Origin: Nemertoderma westbladi
Lineage: Eukaryota > Animalia > Xenacoelomorpha
Reading direction: 5' to 3'
Assembly (NCBI GenBank): GCA_032718475.1
Contig: JAUCBJ010008158.1
Span: 1 to 59,495, forward strand
Length of the DNA: 59,495 bases
Shown here: piece after piece, positions 48,236 through 59,495 of the stretch
Numbering within the stretch: position 1 is the stretch's first letter
Layout of the letters: every line of letters starts with the position of its first letter
Notes under the pieces: generated by a model
Told to the model about the DNA's origin: nothing
Seen by the model: only the letters and a program-made list of their open reading frames with translations
Database searches by the model: none
Program-made: the position numbers and the translations under genes

Positions 48236-48407
48236 GCGATCAGCTGGTGATTCAGCCTTAGCCATGGTGGTTGGTTGGCTTTTCTGCCCAGTAAGCAAGT
48301 TGATTGATTTCCATGCCTGGGATGATTGCCTGCTGTCATCAGCAGCATTGATGTTATCAACCTGTTGGTTTATTAGCTCCTGTAGATTAACAGAGTACTG
48401 CCTGCCG
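48236..48407 (-). mobile_element. RTE fragment
   Basis: Matches ~5335-5525 with a short deletion. Confidence 0.85.
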
Positions 48408-51400
48408 TGACGTCTTCGCCTCGTCTGATTCCAGTGTAGTGTTCTCCCTCATGAGATCTCGCTTCCACCTCCCAGATAAACTCCACTGTTCTTCTTCCGT
48501 CTTCTGAATGGGCTCGACGAATGGGCTCACGGCGCCAATGTCTCTCCCTCTGCCTGGTTGGACGGCCCTGGGGATATTTGCAGTTCCCCTACTATCCTCT
48601 GACGTCGGGTGCCACGGCTCACTTAGTTCACCACACGCATTGCCCGCCGACGCTCGTGGGACATTCTCTGCCCCCCCCCCCCCCTCTCGCCCGCCATCGG
48701 GTGCCACGGTTCACTCAACTCACCACGCACATTACCCGTCGACGATTGTGGGACATTCTCTGCCCCCCACCCCCCCCCCCCCCCACCCTCTCGTCCGCCG
48801 TCGGGTGCCACGGTCTCCTCAACTCACTGCGCACATTACCCGTCGACGCTTGTGGGACATTCTCTGCCACACCACTCGTTAATTGTTTGTGGTGGGGTGC
48901 CCGTAGCCCCCCCCCCCCCCCATCCGTCACCTCTTACTTCGCCCCCACGCTCTCCTCTAGTCGATGCATTATCTCTACCCTCGCTGGGTTTATTCACTCC
49001 TCCCAGCACAACTGCATGGCCTTGTAGGCTCTCATTGGGCATATCGCTTGTTCCCCCTACGTTCGTATTAATTGCACCGTTAATAGTTTTGCCCTGGTTT
49101 GTTACATCATTAATCATATTATTTTGATGATCTCCTCCAGCGTTATTTATTGTATTATTATTTGAATTATTACTATTTAAATTATTTGAATTATTAATAT
49201 TTAAATTATTTGAATTATTACTATTTAAATTATTTGAATTATTCTGCCCTACATTATTTATATTATTATTTAAATTATTTTATACATCAACATTAGGATT
49301 ATTACTACCGGGTAAAATATTATTTCCTGCAAGAAAGGTTTGATTAGTATTAGTGTTATCTATTACGGTACTATTAATATTAACTTCAATGAACGTATTA
49401 TTATTATTACCCCCCGCCCGCCCATACTGTCGCACCAGTCTTGGGTCTGTCGTCCCGTACCTGTAAGTGGGGTATTAACAAAGGTTTCCAACACCTCTGG
49501 TTCCTCATAAATACTACCCAAACCAGCCTCAGTCTCCGATAAACCCATTTTTGCCAGTTCTAACCGGCGCTTTTGCTTCGCTTGGTACTGCATTAACCCC
49601 CTCTGCCGGGTATGTATATCATCCCGCAAGCATTTGCCCGCCCTCTCTCTCTATCCTCCGCCATACTCTGGTCGGCCAATTCTGCCTCCCTCGCCTCCCG
49701 CTCTCTACGCTCGTTCACCTCTCTCACCTCCCGCTCTTTGTGCTCATTTATCTCTCTCTCCTCCCACTCCCTATAGTTCCTCGCCACCCTCTCGGCCCTC
49801 TCTTTACACTCTCTCGCTAATTCTCTCTCCCTCTCTAGCAACGCGGTTCCCTCGTCCAACTGCCTTTCTAGTTCCTTTTGATCCAGCGCAACAGTGTCTA
49901 GTTGACACGCCAGATCTATCTCTAACACCCGTCTTGCTTTCACGGAGGATGTAGCGTACTTTTCGGTTGCGACGGACTCTCGTCGCCTGTCTGTCCTACT
50001 AATTTTCCCCCATTTGCTGGAGTTCCTACTAAACGACGACACCGAATCCTCGGGATTAACCTCGGATTTGCCGTCATGGGGGTCCACCCATCCCACTAAC
50101 TTAATCCCCCTCGCATCCACTAAGTAAGGCCCTACGTACACCACGTCTGCCTCCACCACCTTGGAGGATCGCCACAATTCAAACAGTTCTGTGGTGACCC
50201 CCCTTGCCCTCTCACTCGCCAATTCCCCCTGTCCAAATTGGACTAAGTAGCGGAAATGTCTGTTGCACTCACCTAGCCTCTGATATAGTTTGGGCTGGTC
50301 TACCTTGATCCCTTCCTTAGCGTCCTTTAGCATCCTCTTCATGGTGTTGTAAGCCCGTCGCAGGCGATCACTCGTCCCGACGTCCTCCTCGTTGACTCCA
50401 CCTTCCCTCTTCGTCCGGAGCTGTACCGTCGGCCCCACTGTCGCCATTCCGGTGGGCCGTTCGTCGCCCTCGGCCTGTGGTTGGCCGGCGACTTCAGTAC
50501 TTCGACCGCCGTCGGCATCTCGCGTCGACTCGTCACTTCTCCCTCCTCATTGTCGGCTGCCCTCCGCTTGGGTATCCGGATCGTCCCTCATTGGCGAGTC
50601 CGGGGTGGCAGGCCGGTATCGCCCCATTGCGGCCTCCTGGATCGTCTGGTCCGTATCGCTCGGGATCCGCAGCGGCATTCTTTCTCCTTCCGAGATCTGG
50701 GGCGTATCTCGCTGTTGTTCGCTCATCTTCTCGCTCATCTTGTCCACAGGTTGTGGTCACAGTTTGTTGTATGTCTTGACTCCCTGGATATTTTTGACTG
50801 TGACGGGACTGGTGGAGTTGACAGTCTCAGTCCCGACTGGTGAAGGTTGTATGCGTCGTCGCGTTCGTAAGCTGTTGGGTATGTTAGGCCGAAGGCCGTT
50901 GAAAATAAGAGTTAAATTCTCAGTGTTGTTAATCACGCAGTTAATAACAGCACAGTCTGAATATGATGATATGCAGTGCACAATAACAGTAACAACGATA
51001 CAGTAATGATCTAATAACGACGACGGTCAAAACTAATCTTATTCTATTCTCTATTCTCTATTCTACACTATTCAAAATATTATTATGGTCTCACAACCAT
51101 AACGGAATTAACTAACTCAACTGAACTAATAATGAGTGATCACAAGAGTTATACCATTGACACATATTGGTTTTAGCCCTACACCACTGGGCGGCCTCTA
51201 ATACCCAATGGATGCGTTCTTGTCCTCCCCAACGTGCTTCCCTGCCCGCTATTGGCTTATATACTAATTGTCACTTCGCCACTCCCTGTTGGTGTTTCCC
51301 ACTGGTGCTAGCCTCACTAGCTGGTTTCTCCCTCTGAGGTGGTTTGACCTCTCACCTCTCTCTGTGGCTTACGGCGTGTATCGCCCTCCCCCCCCCCCCC

Positions 51401-51513
51401 CAGTTGGTTATGAGGTGAGATTATTATTGGTAATCTCACATCGCCAACTATATTGGTAAAATGCCACTGGTCCCATTTTCGGTGGGTAATGCAGGGAATT
51501 GAATCCGCTTACA
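48408..51513 (-). mobile_element. Truncated LTR retrotransposon (probably BEL/Pao): putative 5' LTR 50882-51513 plus degenerate gag
   Basis: Minus strand TGTAAGCGG...GGCCTAACA with a TATA box; followed by frameshifted ORFs (50547-50747, 49593-50447, 49363-49629, 48387-48707) with Ser/Arg-rich and coiled-coil character and ~95-bp coding repeats; cut off at an RTE fragment. No second LTR or pol to confirm. Confidence 0.55.
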
Positions 51514-52040
51514 ACTACTGTAGTTCCTAGAAGGTACTAGGCCAGGCACTGTAAATATTCTGCAGGCTTACCATTACATTACAACCCTGCATGCATTCAA
51601 CTGTGTGCATTTACTGACTAAACTTTTACAAATGTGAAGTACTGACGGTACAGTTTTCACATCTACCTGTACAGCAGCACCAGTAGGCCTACCAATCATG
51701 CAACTACTAATAAATGGTGTTTGAATTTCCCACTACACTGAGATTGAAATAAATGTGAGACATTTTGAATTAGGTCTTCTGTAAAATTATGGTTATGAAA
51801 ATTTGTACATCTTTGGATAAATTTCCACATTTACTGCAAACATATAAAATAAAGTAACATAAAATAAAGTCATTACTCAGGAACTAAACATTGTCTTTTA
51901 AAATGGTTTAGATATTCTGAAAGGCCATAAAATTCTGTATCAAAAATGGAAGAAAAAAAATTTGCATTTTTTTCAAACCAAAATCGTAACGCTCCCCTTA
52001 AAACAAACTTTATTTTATTTTTCAAAATACTGATACTAAC

Positions 52041-52167
52041 ATAATCATTTACACGTTTGAAGGATGTTAAAGAATTGTCAAGTAGCGGTAAAAACCTATC
52101 CCAATGAGGATAATATCCGGGATTTAGAACTGTGCTTCTACCTGGATCTAATGCAGTATAGGAGTGC
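52041..52167 (-). CDS. beta/gamma-crystallin multi-domain gene, exon 5
   Basis: AG/GT bounded; (Q)HSYTALDPGRSTVLNPGYYPHWDRFLPLLDNSLTSFKRVNDY. Confidence 0.88.
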
Positions 52168-52515
52168 CTAAAATAGAAAATAAAATTATTCATACCTGTA
52201 TTTTACATTTTCAACTGTTTATCGTTTATTATTTGGTAACATAATAAGTGGGGATAATAAGAAAAGATATCAAAAATAAATGAAATTCATAATTTTTAAA
52301 AAATTTTTAAAAATGTTGCATACTGGTAATTCTAACATCCATTCTAAAATTCCATCATAATTCTAAAATGTAACAACTATCCAAACTTAGTTTTCTAAGT
52401 AAATGATCACAGATCATTGAGTTAAAATTTCAGAATAGTGGCTTTAGAATGAAAAAATAAATAGATTTGTGGTAATGGACCCCATCCCATTAATCTTGAT
52501 TGATGTAATACTAAC

Positions 52516-52658
52516 TGATATAGAACCCACTGTCCACCAGTCACGATAGCTGAGGACATGACTTCTGGATACCCAAATGTTTGTATGTTCGGTAAGGATG
52601 TGGTTGACCTCACTATACGCAAACCATAACTATCTGTTTCAAATATCGAGATACCATC
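52516..52658 (-). CDS. beta/gamma-crystallin multi-domain gene, exon 4
   Basis: AG/GT bounded; DGISIFETDSYGLRIVRSTTSLPNIQTFGYPEVMSSAIVTGGQWVLY. Confidence 0.88.
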
Positions 52659-53288
52659 CTGAAATAAATATAGAAATATAAACAAATTACCTATTCAGAT
52701 ATTCTATGTGAGAGGCCTATCACAACCTCGAATACCTCATACGCCCATAGAGCGATTGTGTAGTCAAACAAAATCAACCCAACTCCGTATCCGGCACATC
52801 ACGCATCGTCTCCTTGTAATAAAGATGCGCCAAAAGTGCAACCATTGACATCACCACAGACAAACACGAGCGCCACACCAACACGTCGAAAACCGCCACA
52901 AACATAATGGGTATATACAGTTTTTTCTTCAGCCGATATGGCAGGGATTAAGCACAAATTCTGATGACTTATTTCCAGTGTGACATTTTGTGAAGTTCAG
53001 AGTTCAATAGGAGTTCAGAGTTCAGGTGTTATGAATTCAATGCCACTAGACCAAGTTGGGGCTGATTGATTAACTGCTACTCGATATATTTATATCTGCA
53101 TAGTATGTTCACATGTATTCAGTTTGATTTACTGATTGATTGTTTTTACGCCATAGATATAGCATACTGTAGATTCAAATTACATAATAACAAAATACAT
53201 ATTAATCTCAACATCATAGCCTTATCTACAGTTGAGAGATTATGGAAACAGGTAATTCTCCCGGTGTCGACTTATGGATGCAGTGTCT

Positions 53289-54343
53289 ACACGTTCGTGG
53301 GGCCTTCGCGCAGCACGAGGCCCAGTTATGAGATACAAATAAAAATTAAAAATCACAAAATCAGGTTTTGAGAAATTTACCCACACCACCAATCAATCAA
53401 AGAAAGGGGATCAATACGTGTTCACCCCTTTTAATCTGCACCCCCCCCCCCCCACACTTCCCACCCACGAGTACATAACCATCGCACGTTCAATATGCAA
53501 AGCCGGGTGGTTTATAGGAATATAATAAATGCAGTACTCGACGTCTTCATTATACGCCTTGTTACGTTCGTCCTGTTTTGTATTTAAATATATTTCTTAA
53601 ACGCAAGCTGACGATCTTTATAATAATATTAACTAGGGATATGATCAATATGTGAAGCCAGGTTGTTTATATAATAATAAAGTAATACAACATTTATAGT
53701 ATAGAGTCAATAGGAATTGAAATACAGGCAGTGTGGTTGGAGTTATATCTGGGTTGCTATAGCAATACAGCAATACTACTAGCTGCCTATTACAGTACAA
53801 TTCCCCACTGGTAAGGCTACACCAACATCTCCCAGCCAGCTAGCAGCTCTACACCCCCGCAGAGACTATGTTTACCAATAATGGGCAGGATTAAATTTGT
53901 ACTCAACAATTGTGCCGCTTTAATTACGTTTAGATCAATTAAAGACACATTTATTAAAGCAATTCACTTGAACTAATTAAAAACTATAATAGAATGGGGT
54001 ATGTGGATTACATCTGTATAATTTTTAAGTACAATTATTTAAATCTTATACTGTAAAATAATTAATTTCCTTTAACAGGCAGGTTGAAAATGCAGTTTTT
54101 ACCGTAATCAACTTAATTAACTAATTAACTGCTATTATCTTAGCTTCTCGAAGGCCACACGGAAATTCAACTTGGAAAATTTCTAAACTTTTGCCCAACA
54201 ACATGTGTACCAAGTTTGGATAGATAAATTAAACATTGAAGATAAATTGAACACTGCAAAAAAAAGGGACAGATCAACAGAACGACAGGTTGATTAATGG
54301 TACCCCTACGCTAAGGCTCACTCACTTCGTGGCTCGCCCCACA
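53289..54343 (+). mobile_element. Non-autonomous ACA-bounded element, copy B
   Basis: Same termini as 24355-25965, with a shorter and different interior. Confidence 0.75.
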
Positions 54344-55322
54344 GTGTGGAGGCAGAGGATGTCAGCTGTCTACCACATGTACAATTAGTACTAGCCACGT
54401 CAGTACTGGGGACGCTGCACTGGACCATGCCTAAATGTTTCAATATCCTACTTAACTTATCCCAGTATACTTGGGTCTTGTCTATCTATTTATTATTTTA
54501 TGTGGTCTGATATGTGTTCTTTATGATACCTTAACCCATGGTTGTAAAATAAACGTCCTTATTTCAAAATACATATTAATACTTTACATAATTGGACAGA
54601 CGTTAATATATGGATATATTATAATTTCATGTAAATTTCATGTTTTCTGTAAGCAATGAACGCTACGTACAAATACATAATTTCTTTCCCAGATTACATA
54701 CTTTTCGCACCAAATTATTTAAATTCGTCCCAAAGTATTTTATATAGTATCTTTAAAATCGTAAAAATTAATGGCATCAAGTACAGTTACATATTAAAAC
54801 TGAAATTATTAAAGTTATTGCTGGATATACCGTATTTACTGGATTTTACTGGATTTACTGGATGGAGGATGGATCGATGAAGCAAGCTCAGAGGTATCTT
54901 TCTCTATGTTAAAAGTTATGTCTTTCAGCTGACCAATCTCACGGCTTTTGTTCTGAGCGTTGTCAGCAGCGCAGCAGCCACAGAGAAAGTCTACCTTTCC
55001 AAAGTTCGTGTCAAGGGGAGCAATGCAGATCATAAATTTGTCACATTTTGACCCGCTACATCCGGAATCGACCTCACTACAGCCATATCTGCCTACACAC
55101 GACCACCTGTGGTACACACGACCATATCTTCCTATTGGAGTATTGATAATTTCAATATTGAATATACAGTTATATTCATTAAAAATCGCCCGCTTTGAGG
55201 ATATTTTCATATTCGTAAAGTACTACCTAATCGCAAGTTGTTACTGATAAGCGGACTAAAATTTCATTATTTAATTTGCTTTGATTTCTACTATTCCGAA
55301 AACAAACTACTAATCTACTTAC

Positions 55323-55449
55323 CATTTGTACAGCTCTGAGAGAGGAGATGGACAGTTCGTTACTCCACTTATCCTGATTCTCGTATTCTCCAACACCGAG
55401 GATCTCTTCATTGTCTTGGTATGAGAAATAGCCATCAAACAAAATCCAT
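55323..55449 (-). CDS. beta/gamma-crystallin multi-domain gene, exon 3
   Basis: CAG/GTAAGT bounded; (E)WILFDGYFSYQDNEEILGVGEYENQDKWSNELSISSLRAVQM. Confidence 0.88.
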
Positions 55450-55743
55450 CTGTGGAAGATATATTATATTTTATTTTAATTGTTTATTTATTATCATATA
55501 GCTATATCTGCAACCTAGAACAGTAAAACCGTAAAACGTAGCCAACCACCTGAATCTGCAACACAAGACTCACAAATATGTTTAGTTTGTATATTTTGTA
55601 TAATGCGTTGGAAAATTGTAAACGAAAATTTGAAAACTTCTTAGTGTTGTCAATTGGGGTTACGTGCATCAATTATATCGTTAATTATTGTTCTGTCTGT
55701 ATTCACTCAGTTAGTGAAATGTTAAGCAGTACATCATTTATAT

Positions 55744-58090
55744 TGTGGGGCGAGCCACGAAGTGAGTGAGCCTTAGCGTAGTGGTACCATTAATCAACCT
55801 GTGGGGCGAGCCACGAAGTGAGTGAGCCTTAGCTTAGGGGTACCGTTAATCAACCTGTCGTTCTGTCGTTCTGTCGCTTTTTTTGCAGTGTTCAATTTTG
55901 AACGTTAATAACTCGATCAATCCTCGATGAAATGTAACCAAACTTGGTAGACAAATAGTCTGTCAAAAGTTTAGAAATTTTCCAAGTTGAATTTGTTAGG
56001 GCCTTCGTGCAGCACCAGTGTAACTGTCTTACAGTTATAATAAATTGATTTATCCAAAATTATAACGCTGACATCAGCGGGTTGCTAGGAGACTAAATCA
56101 GCTGGGTTTCTGGCAAATTACGAAATTACAGTAATACCATTGTGGCCTGTCTGCCTGTACCGCAGTACCGGTACTATACTCAATCCCTGAATCCAGGAAT
56201 CCTGCAATCAGACAATACTGCAATACCATACTGTGTTCGGTGTTTTACGGTACTGGCTGACTGGTACCTGCGGTACCGGTGCAGTGATTATAGATCACGT
56301 ATACTGGTACAGGACTGGTACCGCGGTACCGGCAGACCGGTGCAGTGATTATACATTATAGATCACATACAGACGTATACCAGTATACTGGTACAGGACA
56401 GGCCTAATTTTGTAGACCCTCATTCAGTAATTAGCCATGCTTAGATAGAGGGTCCGTTGGCGCCGTCCGCCGTACCGCCCTACCTGCCTACTACTGTCAG
56501 ACTGTAGAACCGGACTGGTAGCAATTGCCAACTACAGATCTAGATGTACCGGTACATACCAATCTGCCAATATAACAATAGCAATACAGCAATAGGCCTA
56601 CCCCTGTACCCCTCCACCCTCCTACCAACCATCCTACGACTCTGGACTCGGCAACCAGGCAACTGCAACCATGGAAGTTATGCGGACTAACCAGCTGACT
56701 GGTATTCTTAGTTCAGGTACCCACTACCACCAGAGTCTACCAGTCTACCCAGCTGCCCAGAAAAGTGTTGGAATTGAAATCAAACAACTCACCACCAAGG
56801 CCGCCGCTGTCTGTTACCTCGACTTTCGGTATCGCTGCCGCTACGGGCAAACTGGACTAACCGTAACCGAGGATGAAATAATTCGGTTTTTTAATCTCAC
56901 TCTGCCATCACCCAGTGCCCGGCGGTATTGAAATTGACACGCATTGTACAAGCAGTAGGCCTATTGCTCCGAGTTTCCGGCTGGTTGGGTGCAACTGCTG
57001 CATCTACATTGCCCTGTTGCCACACTATAACTCGGGCTCATGAGGACGAGTGCTGCGTAGACTATTCCTATAAACCAAAACCATACCTGGCTTCGCCTAT
57101 TGAACGCATCGGTAGTTATAAAGATCGTCAGTCTTCGTTTAGGAAAGATATTCAAATACAAAACAGGACGAGCACAACGAGACTTATAATGAAGACGAGT
57201 ACTGCGTTGACTATATTATTATATAAACCACCTGGCTTCACATATTGAACGCATCCCTTGTTATTATTATTATAAAGATCGTCAGCCTGCGTTTAAGAAA
57301 TATATTTAAATACAAAACAGGACGAACTCAACGTGGCTTATAATGAAGACGAGTACTGCGTTTATTATATTCTATAAACCACATGGCTTCGCATATTGAA
57401 CGTGCGATTAGAAATAAGTTTGTGCTACCCTTCCGCCCCGTGGGTGGTAGATGTCGCGGTTATGTATTGGTTGGTAGGAAGGGGGGGGGGGGGGGGGTGT
57501 GCAGATTAAAAGGGCTGAACACGTACTGTCCCCCTTTCTTTGATTGATTAGCGGTGTGGTTGAATTTCTCAAATACTGATTTTGTGATACAGTCGCTCAA
57601 TTTTAATTTGCATCTCATAACTGTGCCTCGTGCTGCGCGAAGGCCCCACGAACGTGTCGTTCTGTCGTTCTGTCGCTTTTTTTGCAGTGGTCAATTTTAA
57701 ACGTTAATAACTCGGCCAATCTTCGATGAAATCTATCCAAACTTGGTACACATGTTGTTTGGCAAAAGTTTAGAAATTTTCCAAGTTGAATTATCGTGTG
57801 GCCTTCGAGAAGCTAAGATAATAGCAGTTAATTAGTTAATTAAATTGATTACGGTAAAAACAGCACTTTCAACCAGCCTGTTAAAGGAAATTAATTATTT
57901 TACAGTATAAGACTTCAATAATTATACTTAAAAATTATACAGATGTAATCCACATACCGGTACCCCATTCTATTATAGTTTTTAATTAGTTCAAGTGATT
58001 TGCTTTACTAATTGTGTCTTTAATTAATTGATCTAAAGTAATTAAAACGGCATAAAAAATTGATTCTGATTAAATACTGCTCATTTATTG
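55744..58090 (-). mobile_element. Nested pair of ACA-bounded elements: copy C (55800-57657) inserted in copy D (55744-55799 + 57658-~58090)
   Basis: The terminal 56 bp appears twice; removing C restores D's AATCAACCTGTCGTTCTG; D matches copy B and C resembles copy A. Confidence 0.75.
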
Positions 58091-58596
58091 GTTAACATCC
58101 AAGTTGGCTCGGTGCTGGTACATAGAATGGGAAGGATGTGTGTGTAGAACAGCCAGCTGCTGTTCAATGGGAATGCGAATGTAAGTAGTAACCACATGTG
58201 TATAGGCAGGTAGACAGATTGGCCATAGCTAGCTAACGAGATGGAAATCTGAATTCCCTACTATTCAGTCTATTATCGTGTGTCTTGTCATTATTATAGT
58301 CCTCTGTTCTGCAACTGAGTTTTCTTCTTACTGGTAGATATTTATTATTAGCAATGTATCTTGGTCAGCCTCCAGCAAGTTATGATCTTAGCTAGTCATT
58401 TTCTCACCTTAGCACATAACATAAACAATACTCTAATATACAATGTGCAATACTGTTTATATCACATGCATTCATATATATATATATATCACATTATCTT
58501 CAGATATAAATCTCTATTTAACATGCGTGGACAATTAAAATTAATTTTATAATATTAATATATTCATAGAAAAATCATGACCCTTTTTTTACTTAC

Positions 58597-58694
58597 TCTC
58601 CACAGGTTATTTTGATGCTCTTCACGTTATCCTCCATTTCCCTTAATCTCAATGATAACGAGTATGCGTCGCCATTTGTGTGGAAAGTTCGTCC
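58597..58694 (-). CDS. beta/gamma-crystallin multi-domain gene, exon 2
   Basis: AG/GTAAGT bounded; GRTFHTNGDAYSLSLRLREMEDNVKSIKITCG. Confidence 0.88.
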
Positions 58695-58920
58695 CTTTAA
58701 TTAAAAATGTAAGATAGTGTAAGATAATGTAAGATAAATGTAAGATAATTTAATATTAATATTGCATCTAGTATGGTATATAACAGAGCTAAAACAGATT
58801 CAAGATTAAATAAATGTCAGGGGGGGGGGGGGGGGGGGGTCACGAAATTGGAAAATTCAACTTATCTTGGATTTTAGGTCATGGTGTAATACAACTCAAT
58901 ACTCTAAATTTTCAGAATAC

Positions 58921-59101
58921 CTGGAAGTCATCTTCAGAATAAAGTGTTATGTCATTGACGTGACATCCTGGATCAACTGTTTGTTGGAGTCGTTTTAAAG
59001 ACGTCACTGTATCATGACTAGCTGGTGCATGAGCATACCAATCGAGATAGGGATAGTAACCAGGATACAGATCTATGTATCTTCCTTTGTAGTATGCATC
59101 C
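58921..59101 (-). CDS. beta/gamma-crystallin multi-domain gene, exon 1 of those seen (gene starts beyond the window end)
   Basis: AG/GT bounded; DAYYKGRYIDLYPGYYPYLDWYAHAPASHDTVTSLKRLQQTVDPGCHVNDITLYSEDDFQ; Greek-key signature. Confidence 0.88.
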
Positions 59102-59495
59102 CTACAGACAAGAGATATAAGATGTTATATTTACATTTATATTTGATAGACTTGATTTGATAAATTAAAAGACTGCATTCATCGAACATAGTAAATATAA
59201 TAGAATAATGCAATACAGGATTGGGTAGCTTGGGTAGATTGGGTTAATGTTCCATAAAGGTTCACCTAAGGTTCCAGTTCATATAATCCGCAAACTAGAA
59301 TAAAGTTTCAAATTAGCCAAAAATTTTGTAGCACTACAATGGAAATTCATTTTAGTACCAGCTTGTGTATAGGCCTATGGTAGGCCTATAGGAAGGTAGA
59401 AAAATATGTAGTCTACACCAGTACACGTTTAGACGTTACACGAAGTGGGGCCTTCGCGCAGCACGTGACTTAAATTTAATTTAAGTACTAATTCG

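Overview
Eukaryotic (animal-like, AT-rich, repeat-dense) genomic DNA; no prokaryotic genes or CRISPR array. The centrepiece is a ~17.2-kb BEL/Pao LTR retrotransposon (27013-44171, +) with three unusual traits. (1) It has no tRNA-type PBS; the 11 nt after the 5' LTR are complementary to a site inside the LTR, and a diverged sister copy at 1-2489 (-) shows a compensatory base change, suggesting Tf1-like self-priming. (2) Its intact gag and pol are in one frame, separated by a single TGA in a CARYYA readthrough context. (3) A third, ~928-codon ORF in the env position encodes a DEDDy (RNase D/WRN/EXD-like) 3'-5' exonuclease plus CCHC zinc knuckles, broken here by one frameshift and one stop. The element lies next to an exon of a minus-strand host gene encoding a multi-domain beta/gamma-crystallin protein (7 phase-consistent exons, 44248-59101). 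The rest is a 9.8-kb 36-bp satellite with higher-order structure, a Mutator/Foldback-like TIR element (9-bp TSD) filled with a 31-bp satellite, a G-rich minisatellite, decayed RTE and CR1/L2-type LINEs, a tRNA-derived SINE, a third BEL-like fragment, and a non-autonomous element family bounded by ACA. All alignments and identities were judged by eye.
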